A DNA stretch of 63,505 bases, the filler included, from Phoronis australis (taxonomy: Eukaryota > Animalia > Phoronida), in assembly GCA_002633005.1 (NCBI GenBank). It is 5 parts of 5 records of this genome, joined end to end, with 100 filler letters (N's around TTAATTAATTAA, not from the genome) between each part and the next. Parts side by side here need not be neighbours in the genome. Positions count along the whole stretch, not along the records: positions 43,861 to 62,044 come from NMRA01001005.1; positions 62,145 to 63,505 come from NMRA01003929.1; 3 more parts are not named here. One strand, 5' to 3'. Every line of letters starts with the position of its first letter. Position 1 is the stretch's first letter. Below, one piece after another: positions 50,964 to 63,505 of this stretch. The notes beneath the pieces were generated by a model. It had not been told where the DNA came from and made no database searches. It worked only from the letters and a program-made list of their open reading frames with translations. Made by a program: the position numbers and the translations under genes.

Positions 50964-53407
50964 CACTCCATTGCGGATTGTTCCCCTTAACTGTCAGTTG
51001 GGACGGTGCATTCACAAAAGTAATACCCCTTATGATAACGTCAACAACGAATAAGCAATAAAAACGCACACACTAGTAATATGAAAACTTTCATATCACC
51101 GTGTGAATAGTCTGATGATTCACAATTTACTTACATCATTTGTCGCACACGATCACAAAATTGAACTTTTATGAGAAATTCACTACCGGCCAATTGAAGC
51201 GATCGACGAGAGTAAATTATTAGCCCCGAATAGCTAGCAAGTGAAAGGGTTGATGTAATCATACAACTCGCAGTTCCCCACAAGTCCATGATGAAGATTC
51301 TACAGGTGAAAAAATAGCTACGAGAGCAAAAATCCCCGGGAATGATTTGTTAAGGACTTAGAAAGTTATAGTGTTAGCAAGCGCAGGTCAGCATAACGAG
51401 TGGATTTGTGTAAGGGGTAAGCCTATCATTTATACCCAATCTCAGGTAAGTTTCGTGACTCAATGATACGAGAAAACAACGTAAAACGTTGATTAAAAAC
51501 CGAACTTATTATGACTTGATACAAAGTGTGATTGAACAGTCCTGCTGCAGCCATATTACAGTGTTGTAATCAAAAGCTCGCTTACCTGCTCAACTCAATA
51601 TCGCAACAAACCTTGTTGAAATTCAGCCAGGTTAGCGCACCTTTTGTTGCTCCAAGTTTTGCCCCGCTGTTATTCCGAATCTAATGCACCGTGAGTGACC
51701 TATTGTCCAGCTCAGCAGAAGACTGACTTTCAGGGAACCACTTTTTAAGGTCAACAGGTCATTCACAACTGTTGCTATTATGGTGAAACAACTACACATG
51801 TAACTTGCATAGTATAAAGGGTAAAGAATTGTGATAATTTCTGGTGAACAAGCTCACCACGAAGCATATGCTTTTAGTCAAATTTTCTGCAAAATTCCAC
51901 AAGAAAATGTACATGTTTTCTGAAAATAGAAAGATTGTAGAATTTTCTACTTAACACAAAGAAACAATATTGAAGGAATAACAAGGCATGGCCAAATTTC
52001 ATTTCACATATAAATTCATAAACAGACCTCAAAATTAGATTTCAAAATGTCCTTTTTATTTCATGGGGCTTTTCGAATGAAAACAGATATTTTCATAAAA
52101 ATCAATAATTACAGCCTCAAGTTTTGACGGTATCTTATTAAAAAACTAGCCCGTTTTGTCTGAAGAACAACTTTGGTAGCATACTGTCTGTTTCATTTGA
52201 GTCTAATAAGCTGTTTTTAGATACCATGTTAGCAAAATTTCTAAATTTTCATCAAACCATAAAGTAAATCATTAACTCTTAACCTCCCTTCTTAATACCG
52301 ACATAGACAAAAGCAGAAAAAAGTTAAATATTCGCAGGCTGTAGAAGATCCGAATCTGTCCCAAATGACCAGGTACCAAAATGCACAGTGGCACACTGCA
52401 TAAAATTAAGATTTTTATTAGGGCTGCTGTGCGGTAACTTACTACTGTATATCACACTCTTTACTACAGGAAGAACTTCATACTGACACTTGCATGTCTA
52501 TTTTATACTCTATAAAATATCTACAAATATACGGCAGAGCACAAGTATACGGAAGGGCATCCGCAGTCTCTCTGGTATAACAATACCGCAAAATATCATA
52601 CAAAATATACAACAAGTACGCAAATCAGGTACGCAACTTGCTCTGCAAATATGACTGTCAGTAAGAAGACCTACGTCACCACCATATCCAATTTGATCAA
52701 CGAACACTCTATAGCTAATCAAAAGGACAAATAACATTTGTGTCTACGACGTACGTCAGGTGACGGTGGACTCCCATCTATACAATAAATGCCCAGGGGT
52801 CTTGTTTCTTGAAAGTTTAAGTCTAGAAACGTTCCATTGTTGGCATAATGTCTTCAACACTATTCACTAAGTTATGTAATTATTGAAGAGTCAAACCATA
52901 GGCTAGGCTATAACAAAGACCTACTGGGCCAACAATCGACTTCACAAAGATTGAACTATTATGATCCAAGTAACGGAATGAAATGAAAGAATATTAGATT
53001 TTGGAATCGTAAATTAATAATCTTTTGTTGAAATAATTCAGACATTCTGGTAAACTGAGATAATGTATACACCTAAACCTGCAGAATTATTCCTGTAATA
53101 CTACTGTTACACTGACACGCTTTCTAAAACTTGGCGCAGTCACATTGTTTACTAATACTAATAGCCCGGGTGCGGGTTCCCAGAGGCAAAACCCCTACCT
53201 CTCCGGCTAATAACTGACTGGCTCAGACATCATTGCTTCGAAATGAACTTTAAATATACTAAAATGATAAATATGAAATAAAAACAGCTTACGCCTTTCT
53301 TGCTCTTGCGTGGAAGCACTCGAACGTGGATTTCATTCGACGAAACTGAACTTGCCATCGGCACCGGGCCTGCCTGGGAAGCGTACAACGTAGCGATCAG
53401 GTGTAAC

Positions 53408-53676
53408 TGTGAACTTGGAATCTTGAGTGAACTGGGAATAAATTTCTATTCCGACTTCACGCAAGTGATCTTGAGATTGAGCAAGCATTTGCGACATCTA
53501 GTGTATAACTTTTGAGTAAAATTTCGCCGTGAGGTACCCACTCTTCTGCTATGCGTAAACTTGGAATCTTGCGTAAACTTGGAATAAATTTCTATTCCAA
53601 GTTCACGCAAGTGATCTTGAGATGAAGCAAGCGTTTGCTACATCCATTGTGCAGCCGTTAAGTAAATTTTCGCTTT
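53408..53676. repeat. 146-bp-period tandem duplication, each unit with a 44-bp imperfect palindrome
   Basis: cttgcgtaaacttggaata-aatttc-tattccaagttcacgcaag at 53568-53611, with a variant at 53422-53465. Confidence 0.8.
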
Positions 53677-54719
53677 GAATCGAATGTCGGACATGAATTC
53701 GTTTGTCGTCATTGAGTTATTGTTTCTGTTTTAATTATTTTTATTGCCCATTCTGCATGTTATTCTGGTCTTGGTAATTGTTTCCAGTGACTGGGATGGT
53801 TGGGTGGGTGACCGAGGGGCTGAAATGACAGGCAACCTTGGACCTTTGCAGTGAAAAGGATAGGCAACAAAACACTTAGCCCCTCGGTTGGCCTGCGGCA
53901 TCCAGGGTGATGTAATTGCCCATGAAAAGAGCTAGCATACAATGAATGAGCTTCTACCGTGCTATACTAGTAGTACCTACCTACCCAGGGGGCGCGGGTC
54001 CCCCCCTTGGCTGCCGCAAGCAAAGTGAAACAGAAACAGCACGAATCGTGGCGAAAAAGTGAGTTCATAACTAGGACCGGTAGCGGATGGGGGGGGGGGG
54101 CTATGTTCCCAGATCGCGGCGGAATCGTGTTCCCGTTTTTTTAGTCTACCGATAGGTTTTCTGAACAGAAGGTCTGCATCCTCGGCCCCCACAACTTTCG
54201 GGCCCCCTGTACACATAGAATAAAGCTTTGCCAAATTCCCCGAGGCAAAATGTTGGGCCTCCTCCCTCATGGTATCCTAGATTCGCCACTGTATAGTGCA
54301 GAAAATACTTGAATGTGTGATCTTGTTTGAATCTGCTGACAAATGAATTATCATTGTCACAATGTGGAAACAGAGAATAATAGATTTTCCATTTACTTGA
54401 TTTTCTTGTACATGTAGATCCAACATTCACCTACTGAAAACAAATCTCGATCTTTCTTCACTTTTCAAAGCTCGTTGTATATATACTAGTCACAGGTATT
54501 ATGCACGTCAACACGAAAACGATTCTGTCTGTAATGTGTTTTTTTGATTGAAGAGTTTTGTATGTAGTATTATTCTTTTTTCATAAAAGGAATTCAAACT
54601 ATTCTATTTATTTTAAACAGGTTCCAAGCTGCTTCCTATGTTCCCGAAAGTCTAATATAAGAGGAAGAATCGCCCTCAACTGACACAGCATATTCAAGCT
54701 ACTAAATCAGGGACACATC

Positions 54720-55572
54720 ATCATCATCGTCTGCAAAAAAAGATTTGACTCAGAGACACTGTGTTCTCTCACTCACTCAAACTATACTTTTCAATTTCAT
54801 TTTAGTACATGAAAACCGAAGGAAACAATATATTCTGAACAGAGGATTAGTTTCTAGATTTTCAAAATTGGTGAAGTGATATAGGTTTAGTCAACAAAAC
54901 CCCAAGCGTTGAGGTATTCAGTGGAAAAAAAAGTTCCCAGCTTGGTACTTCTGCTAATTACACTGAGTCATCAACTCACAATAGAAGCTGGGCCTGAAAG
55001 AATGTGGATAAAACCTACTGTGATGATGGAATCTGGTTTAAAGGGCATGTCTCTGCCCGTGTGACCTAGGTTTTAATTGGGTAGCGAAAGCCATGTAAGG
55101 CAGACATTAACCAATAAATGTAGCACTTACTTAATGAATTAAAATGACCTTATTGGCTACCTCATTACCATAAGACAAATTGCACGAGAACGATCCCAAC
55201 GTTAACAACATAGTCCATGGGCGGCGCAGCACAAAAAGGTGTGGGCTATAGCTCCCCTAGCTCACTATGGTGCACCGCCAATGTATTATACAGTAGGCCA
55301 TCTGTCCTCAAAAAAACAATACTGACCTTTCAAGGAGACTACAGCCACTAGGAAGAAGATGGCCAACGACAGAGTTGCCACGTGATTCATAACCGTTAAA
55401 CGGCGATTTAGTCAGAAGATGATACGCTCTATTCTATGTACAGGTGTACGCATATCCACGCCGCCCATACGTTGTGAGGCTGAACAGAGGAACAGTGTCG
55501 TTTGAGGTCACACTTGTTGATAATTCGCATCATGCTCTTGTATTACAAATGAATGTCACACACCGGTGCCTG
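54720..55572. repeat. ~0.85-kb direct repeat, copy 2
   Basis: Colinear with 48180-48962. Confidence 0.85.
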
Positions 55573-58219
55573 CGTAGCCATAACCTGTGCGCTGAAGTTT
55601 AGAAGAGCACTGAATTCGCAAAACCTGACTCACAAACATGTAGGCCTATTTTTGACTCACGGGTGGGTATTTGCTTTGAGTCCGCAGTGGCGAATTTAGG
55701 ATGTCGAGGAAAATGGGCCCAATCACACATATAGGAAGGCAAAGATTCACGTGCACTCCAAGCGGTTTCTGAAGGGGGCTCAAGCAATTATAAAAGAAAA
55801 TGTAGCGTAACACCCAGAAACCATATGCTGGTAGTGTTTTTAATCGCCCGGGGGTGTGTCGTCGGTGCCCTCATCGTCTGTTGACTATCCCGTTCATTTC
55901 GCTGAATCATCGCTCACATTCAGCTGGCCGCAAGGAAGAGTTTTAATTCATAATGTAAAAACATGGTTGACTGCGCTTACGTGCCCCTAAGTCCCACTAT
56001 AACGTAACTTACGATGCGTAGGCGCTACAGTCAAATGCCAAAAGGTGGTTGACTGCGCCCACGGGGGCCCAAGTCCCACTACAACATTGGTCTCCGATCG
56101 AACCAGACGCCGAGGCAAGGCCTCTTATTGTGAGGGGCCTCCTTGAGAGGCAGTGGCTCCACTGAGCAGTTTGAATTTAGCCCATTTTATCTGTCGACCA
56201 TGACATGTCATTATGTGGCCAATTTTTTGATATCAAACTCAGAAAAAGTGTAAGATAAAACTAACCATGGCTGACAGGATGAACGTACTCCAAAAGACAT
56301 GCCAATGTAAGATCTCAACAATTAACCGAAGCGACCACACAATGCCCTCATCATGTGACGTATTTTTTAATCATTATTCGTAAAGACTTGGGTCCTCGTA
56401 ACAAGTGCATGACCAACATGACAACATGGCGGCTTGTTTTTTCTTTAGACAAATGTGTAGGCTGAGAAAAAAACATATCGAAGAGAGGTAAATTTTTGTG
56501 GCATTGGTCTGCAGCTGAACTACTTGTACATGTTTCTAAAGCACACCTTCCTTGTACGATGTTATGCGCAAGAGTACAATTCTTTGTTAGGAAATTTTAC
56601 CAAACCTTTGTTGAGGTTTATCAAATGCCTATCAAGTTTCAGAACAATGCCTTTGGTATAGACCGAAGAAAGAACAACAGCACGCCTTATTGAACATTTT
56701 CCTTATTGTAGCTGAGCTCTATCTAACGACATCCTGGATTCGCCAGTGAGCGTGTATAAAAGTAACAATTCCATTGGGTTGGAGACCTATTATCGAAAGT
56801 GTTTGCGTACATGTACGCCCCCCTATGATTTGGTATATTATAAGGAGGCGCAGTTTAAGAAATCGGTGGTTCCAAGTCACCAGTCAAATATTATTTTTTT
56901 CAAAATTTCAACCGCAAGAAATGTTTTGCCGCGACGTATACGCGGTGTAAATGTGAATTACATACCATTTAAAATATCAAACAGAATATATACATGTATT
57001 CTGAACCAGTGGCTATTGATTGAAAGGAACAACAAGTGTTATAAACAAATTCTGTCAGTATCTAAATTGTCGGAAAATTACAGAAATACCGACATATAGT
57101 ACTCCTAGATCCTAGATACCAGTTACGGACTATTGACCGGGTTTATAGCGCAACATAAATCTTTAAAAAAGAAGATTTACGTGTGAAAATAACAAGGTAT
57201 AGTTCAGTAGACAGTGCTAGGACCTACGTTGGGATCTCGCTAAAATCTAGCCAAAATCACGTGTTCTCATTTAAGATATACGACAATGTCACGTACATGT
57301 AACTTCTCGAAGTCTTGATTTTTAGCGAGGTCCTAGCGTTACTGAACTCTGGCCACAACAATCTGTGGCGTGTATTTAAACTTTACTTCAAAAACTAATA
57401 TATCTGGTATAATTTTTGTCTAAAGTGGAGAGAGGGATTAAAGAATTATGCAATGTATTGTTCAACTTTAGTTGCAATCTTTTTTTCAGTGGTTTGTGTC
57501 ATAAAATGTAACTTACACTTCAGTCAAAAATTTGGTCTTACGACTAGTTTTGAAAAATGATTAAGTCTAAATTGAGCAAAAGTGCAAAGTCTCTGAAAAT
57601 AAACACATAACCGCTAAATTACTGAGGTATAGTTTATAAAATATCTTTACACTGAGGGAGCTGATAATAAAACTAAACGTTTTTTCATTATCTTTGAAGT
57701 GGGAGCGAAAGACCAAATTCTGTCTGAGTAGTTAGGTTCTGTGTATTTTAAATGTCTACTCTTTGATTGGTATTTCAAACCTCCTTGATTTAGTAAGGTC
57801 AAAAATCTTTTACAGTTCTGGTCTGCAGTTGTTTTCAAGAGCGATGCTGTATTTTAGCCCGTTTTTTCGAACACAAAAACACAAAATACTTTTGTTATAG
57901 TTAAAGCTATTAAATAACTTAAAATAACCCAAAAAGCGCGTTTTGTACCAAGAACCAACTGCGTACTTTTGAAAACTAACACGGGTCCAGGTGTGAAGCT
58001 GTTGAACATGTATGAAGATGTGCTTTTTTCTTGTTTGTTTTTGAGTTGTCATGCGCAGCTTCAGAAGCATTCTATGGAAATTGTGGCAATGCATCTGAAA
58101 CAATCTTTATAAAGTGAAGCCATATCAGGTCCACAAAATACAATTTTCATGTCTAAACACCTTCGACAAGAATATGCATCATCGACAAATCCATGATTTC
58201 GAAGAATTTGACCTCAGAC

Positions 58220-58945
58220 AAGTCGATGAATGTTTTCAGTCATCCAGTTGGGTCATAGTATAAGAATCAATAAATCTATTACTGGACTTACGGTACGTGG
58301 AGATGGCTACGTTGCGTCCTCCTCTCGAGGACTTCATTAGGCCACTGAGTTGTCACGTGACTTGTCATGTGATCTGTCGTACAGTTTCCGCGGGATTCTC
58401 TTCAGCGCCCTGGCCCAGGTCCTAGGTAAGTGAAACCGCAGCCCCCCTGTCTATTGAGGCTAGGATTCTCAATTCTCTCGTAGATAGCTTCTTTGACCCC
58501 TCTCCGAAACCAATTCTCTTCTCTGTCCAGGATCTTCCCATCTTCCATGGCGAAAGAGTGGTCTGTGGAAACCATGTGAGTAAAAACTGCAGAATCATAG
58601 TAGTCCCCATAACTGGACCTCCGATGCTGGTTGAAACGACTTTTCAGGGCTTGTTTGGTTTCCCCAATGTATGCTGCTCCACACCCTGGTTCCGAGCATG
58701 AAATGCCATACACCACATTTCATGTTTTCTCTTTGTTGGTTTTGTCTTTCACATGTAACAATTGACTCCTTATGGTGTTAACAGGTTTGAATACAACAGC
58801 AATGTCGTGTCTGCTCATATGTGATTTGATCTGGTCAGCGATCCCTGGCACAAAAGGCAATGTTACCCTGATGTTTCCCTTATTGTCAGGCTGCGTGTTC
58901 TGAGGCCTGACTCTGTCATGGTTTAAACAATTCCTGACGAAAGTA
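58220..58945 (-). mobile_element. Penelope-like retroelement 3' remnant (GIY-YIG endonuclease + pLTR)
   Basis: TLPFVPG..VFKP.NTIRSQL.HVKDK, a frameshift, then VVYGISC..C.AAYIGETKQAL..R..QH...RGVKEAI...PSLNR. Confidence 0.9.
58304..58344 (-). ncRNA. Degenerate minimal type-I hammerhead ribozyme in the Penelope pLTR
   Basis: tggc-CTAATGA-a-gtcctc-gagag-gaggac-GCAA-CGTA-gcca. Stems I and II pair; the core boxes deviate from CUGANGA and GAAA. Confidence 0.65.
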
Positions 58946-61900
58946 CCATCTCTCAACGTCTACTACAGAGCTATTCACTTTCCCCTGTGAGGGAATTTCG
59001 AGAAAAATCACAAAATTCACGATTTTTAAAATACTCGATTAGGGAAACCCTATAGTCACCACAGAGTTTCTAATCTGTTCCCCACTGATGAAAGTGCGCA
59101 TGCGATTACAGTCATTTGATAAACAGCTGACTGACGAGATGCTTATTTTAAACGACGGATTGTGTGTGATTGCACTCCGAATTTGAGATCGACAGCACGG
59201 TATGAGGCAAGGCAGTGAAGCAAGCGATTTCCCAAAAACAATTCCAAGAGTATTTTAGAAAATATCTGAATACTACGATACAATTATGACTAAGATTTAT
59301 GAATTGTATTTACTGGACTGGATGCTACTTGAAGTCGCAAGCGTTTTTTTACATCAAAGGTCTAAGGTAATCTTTTACATAATATATGAGGAAATTAGCT
59401 ATGTCTATGTTTTACCAAATTAGGTGACGTGCTTTGCCTTGTGGGAGAAAATCGACGAAGTGACGAGCAGTTGACAGATCGTTCTTTTTTAAATTCGAAG
59501 CTAAACATCAACAGAAAGTCTTTTATTTTACGAACGAACCGTAAAAATACCCGGTGAACAAGATCAATTCTGTTTCAGTGCCAGAGGACCGCTTTGAATT
59601 ATGTAGTTGAATTTGTGTTTTGCGTTCCAGGCCTCGTTAAGGAACCTTTTAGCACTTATCCAATGATAGACCAAATAGATAATAATTCCTATTGCACAGT
59701 TTGCATATGAGCATTTTTTGTTCATGCAGTTTCGCCAAGTTTATTTACTATGACGAATTTCAGATATACGGAGTTTGACACTTGCTGGTGAAATTAAAAC
59801 TACGGAAAAAGTGCTTGTGCAAAACAGCAGTTATGGCCCGCACCATGAGCACTGCAGGTACTTTTGAAAGACGCCCAGGCCAACATATCGGTCATTTCTG
59901 ACCAGTGCAAACTTGTCTTATAGTGTATTTGTAAAAAAAGAAATGTTTCATGAATCCGATTGCAAAAAACTATTTAATGCAACATAAAATTTAAAATCGT
60001 GTCCAATCCACAACTTTCTTTAATTTATTACACTGTTTCTTGGCACTTGTTCTGCATTTATACGTCAGTTTGCTTACTCATCGGCATGGCAACAGATACA
60101 TGAATGAGCCCGAAAACCAGGCCGAAAGCTTGGACGAATCCGCGAATATAGTAAATGTCTCTAAACATTCTTTTATATTTCTTTAACATGGAATGTCTGT
60201 TTGGAAACCTTATTTTATACACAGGTATGAAAAATGAGAGCAACACCCCTCGAGTTCAGAGAAAATGCTTCTGTTTTGAAAAAAAAATGAACGGTGTCAG
60301 TAAAGTGCAACTATTTTTGACAATTTGTTATAAAATTACAAAAACATAAGGGATTTTCTCGTTTTGTAGTAACTTAGAAGTCTGTTCCATTCAGTCAAGA
60401 AATGCGTTTTCTGTCATAAAATCGATGTCTCTTAAAAGTACACAGCACTATACATACATGTAAGCTATTCACTGAGAGTTAAGCGTTACTAAATTGGCGT
60501 CTACAGGCGCACAGATTACGTGGAATATGCAGCTAACTATCTGATATGAATGGCCAAGATGATTTCGTAGACGGATACAGGGGAAGAGTCGCAAACTCCA
60601 CATCATGATGTTGAAATTTTGAGAGGATTGAAGGACACACAATTTAGTGCAGCAATCGTTCCCGCGTATTGGAGGACAGTACAGACTTGGCCAAATCTCA
60701 GTTGAATCGCAGTGCCAACCTCTTTATTGCTTCAACTCAGATACAGTAGCACTGACTGAGTTAATGAGTATCTGCTATCATCTTTGAGCAGGGCTCGTCA
60801 TAAACTCGTACTCGCTTTCGTTATCTTCTACACTTATACCATCCAGTTTCTCATACTCTTCCTGTGAATACCCCTCCCCATTTTCCAGTCCTTCATAAAC
60901 GGAGGCTTGTGTCACGTTGAAGNTGTTGCAAGCTTTTCTTCGCCGACTCCTGGACGAGCAGGTCTACACACTCGCAATCTCAATGACTCGAGCAAAGTAA
61001 CAACGTCTTTATCTAAAATTGAGGTTTGATTTTGAATAAGGAATTAAAAGAAGCAAAAGAAATTTTTAAGGAAGAAATAAAATTGTGAAAATGAAATGTA
61101 ATTTTGCTTACCAGTTCTCCCGCATGCAGCACTTGCAAACTCCGTTTCAACCTAAAAATACAAATTTCCATTATTTATTCTCGATCCAAAGATTCAGCTT
61201 TTCACAGTCGTTGCTGCTAAAGATATCAGCGAAGTTAGATGAATTTGCATGCTCCAAACAATGTATAGCGGGAACTCAACGACAACGCTATTTGAATATC
61301 ATCTACGCTAAACAAAATGTAATTCTATCCATGGACAACTTGAAAATGTGAAAATAAAAGAAATCCACAAAAAGGTGACCTTTGTACTAATGACGTCCTT
61401 GGACGCTCACATAACCCGCATCATACAATGTTATTCTCCACCACGATACTTACTGGACACAGTTGAGTGATCTACATGTACTGCGGAAAATTTTCCATAT
61501 TAACTCGTACTTAAAAGCATCTGGAATTTTTCAACCTACTTCAAATAGTCACTATGTGTTGTGTTTCTAAATTATTTGACCAAGAAATCACAAGGATAAG
61601 GACATCGAACATCGAACTCCAAGAGACGCGACTTTGCTGAATTTCTTCTCCGAGAAATCCCACTGTGTGTGCTTTATTTAAGTTATGCCTTTTTCCAGAT
61701 GACTTGAGACAAGATACAAACGCGGACTTTTATCGACCCAGACCAGTGATAACATTAAAATCATCCAGTTCAAATGTGGTCTTTGTTATCATCTGCACAA
61801 GTAACCAGATGTGACATTTTCAGGTGAAAAAGCATTTTATTATATTGCAATATCGGTCTCAAAACCAACGCCATTTGACTAAATGCCTGCTTTTAATAAC

Positions 61901-62044
61901 TTCTTTCTGCCTTTTCTTTTCGTAAATTGTCCTTTTCTAGGACTACTTTTGAGCAGACTCACAAAATGTATTCGATTTCGACGTCACGTTTGGCAGTTTT
62001 GGGTAAACGAGGCGGTCTACTGACGTAGTAGCTCTCACGCCATG

Positions 62045-62144
62045 NNNNNNNNNNNNNNNNNNNNNNNNNNNNNNNNNNNNNNNNNNNNTTAATTAATTAA
62101 NNNNNNNNNNNNNNNNNNNNNNNNNNNNNNNNNNNNNNNNNNNN
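62045..62144. other. Artificial contig-joining linker
   Basis: N44-TTAATTAATTAA-N44. Confidence 0.97.
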
Positions 62145-63055
62145 TAGATGCACAACATTAGCGTGCACTTGGAGTAAAAAATCTTCGCTTACGGAAGGAA
62201 AACAGTGAATTCTGTTCCATAAGCCAAATTCCTATCTCACTAACCAATCATGTATTAAGTGGTCACCATTATGCTCGATCATGCTATGGTCTATAAGATA
62301 CTCGCAGAACACTCTCCCGCTTTCACTTGCCCGGATGGTCTTACGACAGCATTTCTTGCAAGAAAAAGTCTACGGAATGCTTTAGCAGTTCTCAATAAAG
62401 GAAACAAAAGACAAATATACAATGTACTAAGCAACCATAGGCACAGCTGAGCTTGGCTGTTCAGGGGTCTTGTAGTATAGCTTTGTCCTCATAGAATCAT
62501 CAGAAATTTACTATATCAATCCAACTAATGTTTCCCATTTCCTGTCATTTTTCAGTCATGTAAACCCAAAGATAGTCCAACATACTCGTCCCACAACTGG
62601 GTCATTCCACTCCCCTCAGAGTTAGAGTTTATTACAGGTATGTTCTAAAAGGTCGAAATAACCATGATCGCCCGATTAGCCATAGGATGTGACAGACGTA
62701 TACTATTGCATAGACCAGCACAGCTGGCACAAACGGTAGTCATCCCAGTGATCAGATGAACCTCACACAATTACTAGTAATAAAACCTAGGTGTTTTACT
62801 AGGCATAGACAGTGACCACCATCTCTAGCTGGGACCAGTAGAGATGGTGAAGCTCCTACACTGCACGTGCATTTATTTTTACTGCGCCTGCCAGGAGCAT
62901 GCGCATTGTTAAAACTGGACAGTTGCTGATTTGGGCAACTGAACAAAGGACAGCTCGAAGAAAAAGTTTGATTACGGGAGTATTTGATCAAGTTGAAAGA
63001 AATTAAAGACATCGACAGACTCCTAAGGCTGGCTTATCGGCTAAGGTGTCCCTCT

Positions 63056-63203
63056 CATGGGCGGCGCACCATAGGGGTCTGGGGGGAGGCTATAGCCCCC
63101 TACTTTTGCCAGTGCTACGCCGCACATGGTCTATAGGCGGTGCACCACAGGAGGGCTGAGGGGGCTTTAGGCCCCCACTTTTTTCAGTGCTACGCCGCCC
63201 ATG
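63056..63203. mobile_element. MITE with catgggcggcgca TIR and 5-bp TSD
   Basis: Same family as 49813-49977, in the opposite orientation; TSD cctct. Confidence 0.8.
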
Positions 63204-63505
63204 CCTCTACATGCAAAAGGTACTTATAACAAAATGATTTTGATGTTTTAATCAGTTTGAGGCATAATTCAATGAAAATCTTCCGGCGTATGAAGTTCCT
63301 ATAGGAGCTTCACCGTCTCTACTGGGGCCAGCTAGAGACGGTGGTCACTGTTGACGTCACTACTCACTAGGCATAGATTAGGCAATGACCATCGCCTCTG
63401 TTGGCCCGAACCAGAGGCGATGCAGAGGCTATACGGTAAAGTCGCGTGATTTTCGGACACTGAAAATTAATTCCAATAGAAAAAATTCATTCTTGGACGA
63501 ATCTC

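Noticed and set aside
53760-53940. ccgaggggct...agcccctcgg stem resembling HDV ribozyme P4
   Set aside because: No nested double pseudoknot found; may be a retroelement leader fragment.
48180-55572. LTR retrotransposon bounded by the 0.8-kb direct repeats
   Set aside because: No clear TG..CA termini, PBS/PPT or gag-pol remnants between the copies.

Overview
Eukaryotic (most likely invertebrate animal) genomic DNA. The window is not continuous: five unrelated scaffold pieces are joined by 100-bp artificial linkers (N44-TTAATTAATTAA-N44) at 19377, 39630, 43761 and 62045. Piece A (1-19376) holds a complete 4-exon, 263-aa gene with a predicted signal peptide whose Cys-rich N-domain and lipocalin domain match the violaxanthin de-epoxidase (VDE/VDL/VDR) family, which is known mainly from plants and algae; this is the top finding. 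Piece A also has an inverted L1/Tx1 remnant abutting a ~2-kb degenerate (CCCTAA)n array, plus LOA- and CR1-type LINE remnants. Piece B (19477-39629) holds six in-phase minus-strand exons of VPS13D, including the UBA exon. The splice acceptor of one of these exons has been amplified into ~25 tandem 38-bp copies. Piece B also carries Kolobok elements and DINE-1/HINE-like elements with arrays of CTCF-like motifs. Piece C has four exons of a TIL/VWD (mucin/vWF/SCO-spondin-like) gene. Piece D has an IgSF gene fragment (Cys-less V domain + C2 domain) and a Penelope remnant with a decayed hammerhead ribozyme. Piece E is non-coding. All family assignments come from motif recognition by eye; no searches were run.
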